The position numbers and the translations under genes are program-made. A stretch of 58,895 bases of DNA, the filler included. It is 4 parts of 4 records of this genome, joined end to end, with 100 filler letters (N's around TTAATTAATTAA, not from the genome) between each part and the next. Parts side by side here need not be neighbours in the genome. Positions count along the whole stretch, not along the records: positions 9,617 to 28,852 come from SRR20825006_2210; positions 28,953 to 46,667 come from SRR20825006_2211; 2 more parts are not named here. One strand, given 5' to 3'. The notes under the pieces were generated by a model that worked only from the letters and a program-made list of their open reading frames with translations, was not told the DNA's origin and did no database searches. This document shows, piece by piece, positions 24,468-33,786 of the stretch (position 1 is the stretch's first letter; each line of letters opens with the position of its first letter).

Positions 24468-25816
24468 CGACCGCGATCGAACAACTGGCTGATCTGGCCG
24501 CAGGCTGGCTGGATGCGCCTATTTCGCCCGAGGTGCGCGACGCGGTGCATTGCGCGACGCTGGACTGGTTCGCGACGACCCTGCCGGGCACGTTGCAGAC
24601 CCCGGCCATCTTGCTGGCGGCAGGTGGGCTTGCGCGTGACGGCAATGCCTGGTGCTACACGAGCGAGCGACGGATTGACCCACGCAGTGCCGCTTTTATC
24701 AACGCCGCGGCCAGCCATACGGTCGAATTCGACGACATCTTCCGTGATGGCGGCTATCACCCCGGCTCGCCCACCTTTGCCGCGGCCCTCGCCGTGGCGC
24801 AGGATCGCGGCGCCTCCCGCGATACCTTTGATCGCGCCGTGATCGGCGGCTATGAAGTTGGCTGTCGCATCGCCATGGCACTGCAACCGAGCCACTACGA
24901 ATTCTGGCATATCACCGGCACGGTCGGCACGTTTGGCGCCGCCGCGGCGGTCGCGATGCTGCTGGGCTGTGATAGAGACGGGATCGCCAATGCCATCGCC
25001 ATCGCGGCCAGCTTCGCGGGCGGCGTGCAGCAGAACCTGCAAGGCGAAAGCATGGTCAAGGCAATGCATCCCGGCCATGCCGCCGATGCGGGCATCCTTG
25101 CGGCCTATGCTGCCGCTTCTGGGGCCACGGGCGCGTGGAGCAGCCTTGATGGTCCCAAGGGCTATGCCGCCGCGACCAGCACTGGCACCGGCAATTGGGG
25201 CGCAGCGTTCGACGGGGCAGGGGAGTGGACCCCGATCACCCGTATGACGGTGAAAATCCACGGCTGCTGCGGCCATATCTTTCCCGCGCTCGACGCGCTG
25301 GCCACTTTGCGCGCCGAACACGGCTTTGACCCGCAGGATATCGCGGCGATCCGCATCGAGGGCTACGGGCCGACCAAGGACATCTGTGATCGCCCCGATC
25401 CGCAGGTCGCGCAGGAGGCTCGGTTCAGTGCGCAATATTGCCTCGCGGCCCAAATGGTTCTGGGCGGTGTGCGGCTGGCGGCCTTTACGCCCGAGGCGCT
25501 GATCAATCCGGACATTCGCGCGATCATGCCGTGCATCACGGTCGAACGGGCCGAGGATCTGGCCGCCGAGTACCCGCGCAAACGCATGGCGCGGCTGCAT
25601 GTGACGTTGAAGGACGGGCGGTCATGGATGCATTTCCAGCCGTCGCGGCGCGGCGATCCGGACAACCCGATCTCGCGGGCGGATTTGCAGGCCAAATACG
25701 AAGAACTGGCTGGCCCGGTTTTGCCGGAGGCAGAGCTGGAGCGGCTGCGCAAGACTATCTTTGACGGCGCCGATCTGCCCGACGCCGTGATCAAAAAACC
25801 GACGCATAATACTTGA
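24464..25816 (+). CDS. MmgE/PrpD family protein
   Basis: SHTVEFDD..HPG, GYEVG, KIHGCCGH, ARFSAQY. Confidence 0.92.
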   Translation: MTTAIEQLADLAAGWLDAPISPEVRDAVHCATLDWFATTLPGTLQTPAILLAAGGLARDGNAWCYTSERRIDPRSAAFINAAASHTVEFDDIFRDGGYHPGSPTFAAALAVAQDRGASRDTFDRAVIGGYEVGCRIAMALQPSHYEFWHITGTVGTFGAAAAVAMLLGCDRDGIANAIAIAASFAGGVQQNLQGESMVKAMHPGHAADAGILAAYAAASGATGAWSSLDGPKGYAAATSTGTGNWGAAFDGAGEWTPITRMTVKIHGCCGHIFPALDALATLRAEHGFDPQDIAAIRIEGYGPTKDICDRPDPQVAQEARFSAQYCLAAQMVLGGVRLAAFTPEALINPDIRAIMPCITVERAEDLAAEYPRKRMARLHVTLKDGRSWMHFQPSRRGDPDNPISRADLQAKYEELAGPVLPEAELERLRKTIFDGADLPDAVIKKPTHNT

Positions 25817-25856
25817 GAATGCAGCCTGAGCTGCGACTAGACGAGAAGGAAGAGCC

Positions 25857-26657
25857 ATGGACACCGCAGTTTCCCTGCCTGAGTTCATCACCGTTTCCCA
25901 CAATGACGGGATCGTGACGATCACGCTGAATCGCCCCGAAAAGCGCAATGCGATCAACGACCAGATGCGCGCTGAACTGATTGACGCTTTTGCCGAAGCG
26001 GACGCCGACAAGGAGGTGCGCGCGATCATCCTGACCGGCGCGGGCAAGGGCTTTTGCTCGGGCGGCGATATTGCGGGCATGCGTGCACGGCTCGATGCGC
26101 CGACCGGCGAAGTGGCCTTTAATGGCTGGAAACGGCAGAAAAGCACCCATCGCGGTGTGGTGGCTATTCATGGCGTCACCAAGCCGGTGATCGCGGCCAT
26201 GAACGGCGCAGCCTTCGGGCTTGGCCTCGACATGGCTCTGGCCTGCGATTTCATCATTGCGGCGGATGGCGCAAAAATGTCGATGAGCTTTATTAAGCGC
26301 GGTCTGGTGTCCGATGGCGGCGGCATGTATTTCCTGCCGCGCCGTGTGGGCCTGTCCAAAGCCAAGGAGCTGATCTTCTCCTGTAAGGTGGTGGAAACCG
26401 ACGAGGCGCTGGCGCTCGGCATGATCGACCGTGTTGCCGCCCCAGAGGCGCTACTGGACGAGGCTCATGCCTGGGCTAAGGAGCTGACCGTTGGATCGGC
26501 CACCGCCATCGCGCTGACCAAGGAAATCATGGACAAGACTTTCGAGCGCTCCGATGACGAGATTTTTGCCCTCGGCCGCGAGGCGCAGGCGGTCTGCTAC
26601 ACTACGGCAGAGCACCGCAAATCGGTCGAAGACTTCCTCAACAAGCTGTCGAAATAA
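25857..26657 (+). CDS. Crotonase-family enoyl-CoA hydratase/isomerase (PaaG-like residues)
   Basis: LNRPEKRNA, FCSGGD, ALACD, GLVSDGG. Confidence 0.9.
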   Translation: MDTAVSLPEFITVSHNDGIVTITLNRPEKRNAINDQMRAELIDAFAEADADKEVRAIILTGAGKGFCSGGDIAGMRARLDAPTGEVAFNGWKRQKSTHRGVVAIHGVTKPVIAAMNGAAFGLGLDMALACDFIIAADGAKMSMSFIKRGLVSDGGGMYFLPRRVGLSKAKELIFSCKVVETDEALALGMIDRVAAPEALLDEAHAWAKELTVGSATAIALTKEIMDKTFERSDDEIFALGREAQAVCYTTAEHRKSVEDFLNKLSK

Positions 26658-26668
26658 GGTCTGCCACA

Positions 26669-28735
26669 ATGTCGAATATGCAAGCCATCCTGAACCCGAC
26701 CAGCGTCGCCGTTGTCGGGGCCTCCAACGACCCGGCCAAACTGACCGGGCGACCGATTGCCTTTTTGCAAAAGCAGGGCTTCAAGGGGGCGATCTATCCC
26801 ATCAACCCGCGTTATGACGAGATTGCCGGGCTGAAAAGCTATGGCAATATCGCCGACCTGCCCGAAGCGCCGGATCTGGGCCTTGTGCTTGTCGGCGCCC
26901 ATCGGGTGATCGACGCGGTGCGCGATCTGGCGGCGCGCGGCACCAAGGCGGCGGTTGTCCTGGCCTCCGGTTTTGGCGAGGCGGGCGAAGAGGGTCGTAA
27001 ACGACAAGAGCAGCTGCGCGAGGCGGCGGGCGACATGCGCATTCTCGGGCCGAACACCATCGGTCTCGTGAACCTGACCGACGGCATTCCGCTGACCGCC
27101 TCGGGCGCGATGGAGGTCGATGATTTCCCGGCGGGCAAGATCGCACTGCTGTCGCAATCGGGCGGCATTCTTGGCTCGCTCCTGTCGCGGGCCGTGGCGC
27201 GCGGCATCGGCTTTTCCAAGCTGGTTGCCACGGGCAACGAAGCCGATCTGGAGGTTTCCGATTTCCTTGAGGCACTTGCCGATGATGACGCGACGCAGGT
27301 CGTTGCGCTTTATCTCGAAACCATCCGCAATCCGAGCAAGTTCCGCGCAGCGGCGGCCAAGGTGATTGCCGCTGGCAAGTCCATCGTTGCCTATAAGGTG
27401 GGCCGCTCGGAATCCGGCGCGCGCTCTGCCGTGTCGCATACCGGCGCTCTGGCCGGGGCGGACGAGGTCTATGACGCCCTGTTCAAACAGCTCGGCATCA
27501 TCCGCGCCCAGACTTTTGCCGACCTTCTGGATATTCCGGCGGCGTTGGCGCAGGGCCGGTTGATGAAGGGCAACCGCGTGGCCATCGTCACCTCGACCGG
27601 CGGTGCCGCCACGGTAGTGGCGGACAATGTGGGCCTGTCCGGTCTGGACATGCCCACGCCCGACCAGGAGACGGGTGACAAGCTGCAGGCGCTTGACCTG
27701 AAAGAGGCCGAGCTGGACCGTAACCCGATTGACGTGACGCTGGCCGGGCTGCGCCCGGACCTGTTTCGCTCGATCCTGAAGATACTGGTGGAAAGCCCGA
27801 GCTTCGACGCGATTGTTGTGGTGGTTGGCTCGTCCTCGATTGCCCAGCCTGATCTGGTGGCGCAGCCGGTGCTTGAATCGCTGGCGCTGACCGACAAGCC
27901 GATCATGGCCTATGTCAGCCCGGACGCGCCCAATATCGTGAGTACGCTCAACACGCGGGGCATCCCGGCCTTTGCGGCACCCGAAAGCTGCGCCTCGGCG
28001 CTGCAAGCCTTGGCCGCGCCTGCGGGAGCCGCGCAGACCAGGGCATCGAACGCCAAGGAGATTGATTGTAGCGACATCGCGGCAGGGTCCCTCAACGAGG
28101 CCGAGGCGAAAAAGCTTTTTGCCCGCTTTGGTGTCTCCGTCACACGTGAGGTCACGGCAGAGACCCCCGAGCAGGCCGCAACGAAGGCCAAGGATTTCGA
28201 TGGCCCCGTGGTCATCAAGATTTTGTCGAGCGAGATCCTGCACAAATCCGAGATGGGCGGCGTCGCGCTGAACGTGGATCCGGCGAATGTCGGGACTGAA
28301 TGCGAGGCCATGTTGGCCCGCGTGCGTGCTGCGACATCGGCCAAGGTGGACGGTTTCCTCGTGCAGGAAATGGTCAAAGGCGGGGTTGAGATGATCCTCG
28401 GTTTTAACCGCGATCCGCAGCTTGGGGCCTATGCCCTGCTCGGCGCGGGTGGCGTGACGACCGAGCTGTATAAAGACGCCGCCATCCGGCTCTTGCCGCT
28501 GGACCGGTCCAGCGCGCGCGACATGATCGACGAGATCAAAGCTGGCGCGCTTCTGAAAGGATTTCGGGGCAGTCCCAAGGCGGATATCGAGGCGCTGATC
28601 GACACAATGATCGCTTTCTCCGGCATGGCCGAGACGCTGGAGGACCGCTTGAGCGAGGCCGAGATCAACCCGGTCTTCGTGTTGCCCGAAGGGCAGGGGA
28701 CACGGGCGGGCGACAGCCTGATCGTGCTCGACTAA
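26669..28735 (+). CDS. Acetate--CoA ligase family (ADP-forming acyl-CoA synthetase)
   Basis: VAVVGAS, GPNTIG, SQSGG, SHTGALAG (phospho-His), HKSEMGGV, EINP. Confidence 0.93.
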   Translation: MSNMQAILNPTSVAVVGASNDPAKLTGRPIAFLQKQGFKGAIYPINPRYDEIAGLKSYGNIADLPEAPDLGLVLVGAHRVIDAVRDLAARGTKAAVVLASGFGEAGEEGRKRQEQLREAAGDMRILGPNTIGLVNLTDGIPLTASGAMEVDDFPAGKIALLSQSGGILGSLLSRAVARGIGFSKLVATGNEADLEVSDFLEALADDDATQVVALYLETIRNPSKFRAAAAKVIAAGKSIVAYKVGRSESGARSAVSHTGALAGADEVYDALFKQLGIIRAQTFADLLDIPAALAQGRLMKGNRVAIVTSTGGAATVVADNVGLSGLDMPTPDQETGDKLQALDLKEAELDRNPIDVTLAGLRPDLFRSILKILVESPSFDAIVVVVGSSSIAQPDLVAQPVLESLALTDKPIMAYVSPDAPNIVSTLNTRGIPAFAAPESCASALQALAAPAGAAQTRASNAKEIDCSDIAAGSLNEAEAKKLFARFGVSVTREVTAETPEQAATKAKDFDGPVVIKILSSEILHKSEMGGVALNVDPANVGTECEAMLARVRAATSAKVDGFLVQEMVKGGVEMILGFNRDPQLGAYALLGAGGVTTELYKDAAIRLLPLDRSSARDMIDEIKAGALLKGFRGSPKADIEALIDTMIAFSGMAETLEDRLSEAEINPVFVLPEGQGTRAGDSLIVLD

Positions 28736-28807
28736 CCCGCAAGAAACCCAAATGTTCGGGCGGCTGTGTTCCGTCGCCCAAACATTTCTGCGCCAAGGAT
28801 CAAAGAC

Positions 28808-28852
28808 ATGACCGACGTCTATATCTGCGACTATATCCGCACGCCTGTGGGC
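28808..28852 (+). CDS. Thiolase (PcaF/PaaJ-like) N-terminus, truncated by the gap
   Basis: AAGGA RBS, then MTDVYICDYIRTPVG. Confidence 0.8.
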
Positions 28853-28952
28853 NNNNNNNNNNNNNNNNNNNNNNNNNNNNNNNNNNNNNNNNNNNNTTAA
28901 TTAATTAANNNNNNNNNNNNNNNNNNNNNNNNNNNNNNNNNNNNNNNNNNNN
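28853..28952. other. Artificial contig-joining spacer
   Basis: N44-TTAATTAATTAA-N44. Confidence 0.98.
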
Positions 28953-29473
28953 TCAAACACTTCATTGTGGCGAACCACGACGTTGTCACACATGCCAACG
29001 TAGATCGCCGCATCCTCGATGCCACTGAGCACGTTGTATTCAATCAGGCCGTTTTTACCGAACTGAGGGAATATGCCGTAGACGCCGGTATCGATAACCC
29101 GGTTATAGCGGATGATGTAGTTATTACCGGCCTGCCCCATAATGGCATTGCCTTTGTAATGCTTAATGGTCAGCCACTCTACGGTAACGTCGTTACCGGA
29201 GTACAAAATCGCGTCATTGCGTTTGTGCTCGCCGTCGAGTACCGGCCACTCCCCCTCAACCACCACGCCGCGCAGGGTGATATTGTCCTTATCGATATAG
29301 ACGCTTTCTTTGTAAGTACCAGGGTGAATTAAAATCACATCCCCGGGCGCAGCCGCGTTCACTGCCTCCTGAATAGATTGGCCATCTTTCACGGCAAGCT
29401 CGGCGGCAAAGGCCGCGCCTGAAGTGATTAACAAACACAGCCATAGCGCCAACTTGGCAACGGGCTTTTTCAT
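28953..29473 (-). CDS. Secreted parallel beta-helix repeat protein, 3'-truncated
   Basis: Signal peptide MKKPVAK...AAFA, SIQEAVNAAAPGDVILIHPGTY, YGIFP, DAAIYVG beta-helix repeats. AGGAG RBS. Confidence 0.85.
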
Positions 29474-29514
29474 GGTTCTGCTCCTTAGGTTTTCTACCCA
29501 GGCATTGATTGCTA

Positions 29515-30672
29515 TCAATGGCTTCCCAGTACTGGCGTCAGCCCTGACGGCACGCGTTCGGGCAGTGTCGGCATATAGCTTTCGTCAGTCAGTGTTTTCA
29601 TAAAGTCGACGAGGCGATCCAGCTCCTCATCGGTGAGATTCGGCTCCCAAATATGCCAGTGCAGGCTGAGCTTCTCGCCGGCGGGTACAGCGTGCCCCCG
29701 TCCGCCGTTATAAAACGCCGTGGCATCGCGCAGCGTGGCAAAACGCCCCGAGTGCATATAGGGCGCCGTCAGCGCAACGTTGCGCAACGAAGGCACTTTA
29801 AAGCCGCCACGCTGCGACGCATCGCCGGTCACGCCCTGCACGCCGGGGTCAAGTGCTCGCCCGTCCGGCTCTGGCGTCCCCAGTACCGCAACCTGCTGGT
29901 TAGTAAACAGCGGCGGGGTGTGACACTCCGCGCAGCGCGCCACAAACGAGCGGAAGATATTCATCCCCTCAATTTCCTGGGCGTTGAGAACATCGTGATA
30001 CCCGTGGGCGTAGAGGTCGTAACGGCTGTTTAACGACACCAGGGAAGACTCAAAAGCGGCAATCGCGGTGTATATCTGATCCAACTGAATCGATGCATCA
30101 CCACCGAAGGCCTCGGCAAATAGCGCGGGGTAATGCGCCGAGGCGCGAAGATCGGCCAGCAGTTGTGCCGGGCTGTTCGCCATCTCCACCGGGTCGTAAA
30201 GGGGCCCCTGCATTTGCGCCTCCAGCGAGTCTGCTCTGACATCCCAGAACAAGCGCTTAAGAAAACCGACATTCCACAAACTCGGCGCCGATCGCTTGGC
30301 AAGCTGCCCTCCGGCGCCAATGCTCAGTCCACGTCCATCGGCAAAACCCTTACTCGGATCGTGACAGGAGGCACAGCTCAACTGGTGATTACCCGACAGC
30401 ACCGGGTCAAAGAACAGCAATCGGCCGAGGTCAATTTGCTGGGGGCTAAAGCCCTCTCGCAGCGTGGGTAAGCCGGTTTTCAGTCCGCCCACACCACTTT
30501 TTTGAAGCGATCGGTAATCGCGATACAAGCTCAGCAAATAGCAGCCGCCATCGCGCAAGGTAAAACCCGCCGGACAAAATTCATTGAGTTTCCAGGTTTG
30601 CGCAGCGTGGACAGCCGGCAAATAAAACAGCAGCACGAGGCAAGGCAACAAGGCCCGCGTGTAAGCACTCAT
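29515..30672 (-). CDS. Di-heme cytochrome c peroxidase family protein, MauG/MbnH-like
   Basis: LGRLLFFD, CASCH, FWD, CAECH, FKVPSLRNV..TAPYMHSG, FYN. Signal peptide present. Confidence 0.9.
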   Translation of the reverse strand: MSAYTRALLPCLVLLFYLPAVHAAQTWKLNEFCPAGFTLRDGGCYLLSLYRDYRSLQKSGVGGLKTGLPTLREGFSPQQIDLGRLLFFDPVLSGNHQLSCASCHDPSKGFADGRGLSIGAGGQLAKRSAPSLWNVGFLKRLFWDVRADSLEAQMQGPLYDPVEMANSPAQLLADLRASAHYPALFAEAFGGDASIQLDQIYTAIAAFESSLVSLNSRYDLYAHGYHDVLNAQEIEGMNIFRSFVARCAECHTPPLFTNQQVAVLGTPEPDGRALDPGVQGVTGDASQRGGFKVPSLRNVALTAPYMHSGRFATLRDATAFYNGGRGHAVPAGEKLSLHWHIWEPNLTDEELDRLVDFMKTLTDESYMPTLPERVPSGLTPVLGSH

Positions 30673-30674
30673 TG

Positions 30675-31400
30675 CTAGTCGGCCAGTGACTGAATATACG
30701 CCAGCACATCGCGCAGTACGGCTTCGTCTGGCAGGGAATCCGCCATCATCGCCATCTGGTAGCCGTATTTATCGGCTTCATCCGCACCGCGAATACCGTC
30801 TCGAAAATGAATAAATTGACGCTCTAAATACCAGTCATCAACCCCCGCCAGAGCAGGCGCTTGCAGCAATTCAATCCCTTCAGCCGCGGGGCCATGACAG
30901 GCACCACACAGGTTGCTGTAGTAATCGGCGCCGCGTTTTAGGTCGCCGCTAAGCGTCGCCGCTGCCGCCTGACTTCCCATCGCCGAGATGTATGTCACGA
31001 CCGCGTCGACCGCCTCGCTGTCGGGTAAGGTCTTGGCGATTGCCTGCATTTGCTGGCCATAGCTGTCTTCAGGATGGCTGCCGCGCAGCCCCGAGCGATA
31101 GGCCTGCAACTGGCGCGTCAAATACCAGCTCTGCTGGTTGCGCAGCGACGGCGCGCCCAGCGACTGGTTACCCTGTGCCTCATCGCCATGGCAGGCCACG
31201 CAGGCCTGATAGAGCGCCTTGCCATCTGCCCCCGCTCCATTGGCCAGCAGTTGCTGAGCTGCCGCTGCGGCTTGTTCGCTATCGGCCGATGGCCCCTGGT
31301 CAGAACTGCACGCCACGACGGCAAGCGAGCAAAGCACCACCGCCAGGCGGCGATAGCGCTTGAAGTTATGCAAATTGAAATGGCCAGACACACTTTCCAT
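30675..31400 (-). CDS. Di-heme c4-type cytochrome c, probable lipoprotein
   Basis: CVACH and CGACH, each with a downstream Met. LAVVAC lipobox-like sequence. Confidence 0.88.
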   Translation of the reverse strand: MESVSGHFNLHNFKRYRRLAVVLCSLAVVACSSDQGPSADSEQAAAAAQQLLANGAGADGKALYQACVACHGDEAQGNQSLGAPSLRNQQSWYLTRQLQAYRSGLRGSHPEDSYGQQMQAIAKTLPDSEAVDAVVTYISAMGSQAAAATLSGDLKRGADYYSNLCGACHGPAAEGIELLQAPALAGVDDWYLERQFIHFRDGIRGADEADKYGYQMAMMADSLPDEAVLRDVLAYIQSLAD

Positions 31401-31645
31401 GGGGCGGCTCCGTAATCCTATGTAGAACTGGCCACGACGAGTGGTGCAGGCCAGTATTATTATTTTTATTCAGCATAGACCGTGCCATGAAAAAGCACAG
31501 CCAATACACACAGCAAAGTTTACGTGTATTACATTGACGATACCCGCTTCCGCCATGGCTGTTAAGCCCCACACACATTACAATCGCGTAAAAAATACGC
31601 CCACGGTGTAGATTTCTAGAAATTCTCTATATTTTTCATTGAGAT

Positions 31646-31675
31646 AAAAAGGCCCCTTCGCGAGGACAAAGGGGC
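31646..31675 (-). terminator. Probable terminator
   Basis: GCCCCTT/AAGGGGC stem preceded by an A-run on the + strand. Confidence 0.55.
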
Positions 31676-31724
31676 AAAGGCATCGAAAAGGCCACTGAAA
31701 AGAGCGGTGTCTTTGAGAGGAAAA

Positions 31725-32555
31725 CTAGCGATTCACTTGGCGAGCAGCGACATCGGGATAGCGCAACTGCCAATCGTTAATCAGTGCACGCTGGTCAATA
31801 TCATCAGGGTGAAAGCCGCGACGAAATGCCTTCAAAAAGTGCGGCATTGCCTCCGTCATTAGCCCGCCCCGCCCCCAGAAAAAGCACAACGCCTGCCAGC
31901 GCTCACGCCACGTCACACGCCGGCCATCCGCCCGCAGTAACTGGCGCTGAAATACGCTGATGCGGAAGAAAAAAAGCATCAGCGACAGCATAAGTACACG
32001 CCTGCGCAGAAACTCACTGCCCACGTGGCGACGAAAGACATCGAAGGCCACCGCTTTGTGTTCGATCTCCTCAACCGCGTGCCATACCAACATGTCCCGA
32101 AATGTCGGGTCCATCTCGTCCAGTACCTCGGGATGACGCAAAGCGTGCTCAGCAAGCGTCGCGGTAACATGTTCCAAAGACACCGTAATCGCGAGTTGGC
32201 GCTGGGGCGACAGGCGTTTTCGCGCAGTATCGAGCAGCGCCTTTGCCCGTGCGGCCACCTTTGCCATAGGGAAACCCTGGGCCTCTAAAGCACTGTTGAA
32301 GTCTTCATGCGCCTTGCCGTGGTGAGCCTCCTGGCCGATAAAGGCCCGAATGCGCTGTTTCAGCGCCGGGTCACTAACCTCGGGCTGGTAGTGGCGCACG
32401 GTATCAATGAAAAAGCGCTCGCCGTCGGGAAAGGTCGCCGACATCGCATAGAAAAAAGTCGAAATCAGCGGATTCCCACCAAACCAGTATTTGTCCATGG
32501 ATGCGGGCGCAGGAAAGTGCATCCGCCGAACGGTAATCCCATTATTAACCTGCAT
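31725..32555 (-). CDS. Predicted metal-dependent hydrolase (ferritin-like ExxH family)
   Basis: FPDGERFFI, FIGQEAHH, LEHVTA, WHAVEEIEHK. Confidence 0.9.
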   Translation of the reverse strand: MQVNNGITVRRMHFPAPASMDKYWFGGNPLISTFFYAMSATFPDGERFFIDTVRHYQPEVSDPALKQRIRAFIGQEAHHGKAHEDFNSALEAQGFPMAKVAARAKALLDTARKRLSPQRQLAITVSLEHVTATLAEHALRHPEVLDEMDPTFRDMLVWHAVEEIEHKAVAFDVFRRHVGSEFLRRRVLMLSLMLFFFRISVFQRQLLRADGRRVTWRERWQALCFFWGRGGLMTEAMPHFLKAFRRGFHPDDIDQRALINDWQLRYPDVAARQVNR

Positions 32556-32683
32556 TATTATTCTCCAACTTGTCGCGATGCTATGCGCGCTCAACCACCC
32601 GACGGAAACTATGGCATAGTGCTTTTACTGCTAGCAGGTTAATTTCTCGCAGCCTCCGGTGCTTTAACGACACAGGACACGTT

Positions 32684-33745
32684 ATGGACGCAGAACAACA
32701 CGGCGACGGTGAGTATTCCATTTCCAGTGACTACCTGGTGACGCTCAGCGAGCAAGCTTTTGAGCGCGGCATGGCCATTGGGGAATTGCTACAGGGCTGT
32801 GGGCTGAGCAGCGAGGTGCTGCTTCTGCAAGACGTCAGTATTGGCCACCGCTCTTTTCTACAGGCTGTGAGCAACTTTCAGAAAATTGATAACAACCTGT
32901 GGTCGGCACTGGAAGGCGGCCGCCGGATGACGCTATCCAAGCACGGTTACCTGGGCTACGCCGCCCAGCATAGCCGCAGTTTGTCGGAGGCCGCGGACAA
33001 GCTGTATCGCTACGTGTCTACCCGCATTAACTTTGTCACCCTCGAGTCGGGACAAACCCACCCTGAAATAACCGAAGGCAGCGATCGCGCCATGCTGTGC
33101 CTCCGGCCACTCGAGCCACAACACCCTGCCATGCGCTATGTCTGCCTGTCTTTGCTTTCCTGCCTGGACACCTTGTGCCGACAAATACTTGGACGCGGCG
33201 CCGCGCACCTGGCTAGCCATATCACCATGCAGGGAGAGGCCCCAAACTGCCCGCCACCGGCGCTCCCCGGCGGCTCCAAAATCAGCTTTGGCGCTTCGGT
33301 TTACAGCCTGTCGTGGCCGAACAGCATCCTCGACCTGCCCCTTGCGACCCGCGACGCCGACCTGGCAAAACTGGCGGAAGCGCGCTGCGAAAATGACCTG
33401 CGACGCAGCCTCTCTTCACAACGCCTATCGTCGCGGGTGCTCGCCCAACTGCAGCGCAGCCAGGGTGAGTTACCGACCATTGACGACGTTGCCGCGAGGC
33501 TCAATATGTCTACCGCGACCCTGCAGCGACGACTGAAAACCGAGCAGTGCAGCTATCAGCAGTTAAAAGATGAGTTCCGGAAAAAGCGCGCCCGCGAGTT
33601 ACTCAACCAAGCGGTAAGCATTGAGTTAATCGCCGAGCAGCTGGGGTACAGCGATGCCAGTAATTTTGCGAAAGCCTTTAAAAGCTGGACAGGATTCCCG
33701 CCCAGCGTCTACCGACAGCAACTCAGGAAAAAACCCGAGACATAA
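32684..33745 (+). CDS. AraC family regulator (arabinose_bd_2/OruR-like)
   Basis: HGYLGYA, VAARLNMS..TLQRRL, IAEQLGYSDASNFAKAFKSWTG. Confidence 0.93.
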   Translation: MDAEQHGDGEYSISSDYLVTLSEQAFERGMAIGELLQGCGLSSEVLLLQDVSIGHRSFLQAVSNFQKIDNNLWSALEGGRRMTLSKHGYLGYAAQHSRSLSEAADKLYRYVSTRINFVTLESGQTHPEITEGSDRAMLCLRPLEPQHPAMRYVCLSLLSCLDTLCRQILGRGAAHLASHITMQGEAPNCPPPALPGGSKISFGASVYSLSWPNSILDLPLATRDADLAKLAEARCENDLRRSLSSQRLSSRVLAQLQRSQGELPTIDDVAARLNMSTATLQRRLKTEQCSYQQLKDEFRKKRARELLNQAVSIELIAEQLGYSDASNFAKAFKSWTGFPPSVYRQQLRKKPET

Positions 33746-33768
33746 AAAAAGGCACCCGAAGGTGCCTT
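33744..33768 (-). terminator. Terminator between convergent genes
   Basis: A7 + GGCACC-cgaa-GGTGCC-TT. Confidence 0.8.
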
Positions 33769-33786
33769 AGCTGAAGGATATCCCGC

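Noticed and set aside
28750..28787. Hairpin between the acyl-CoA ligase and thiolase genes
   Set aside because: Ordinary intra-operon stem-loop without a convincing U-tract; nothing suggests a riboswitch.
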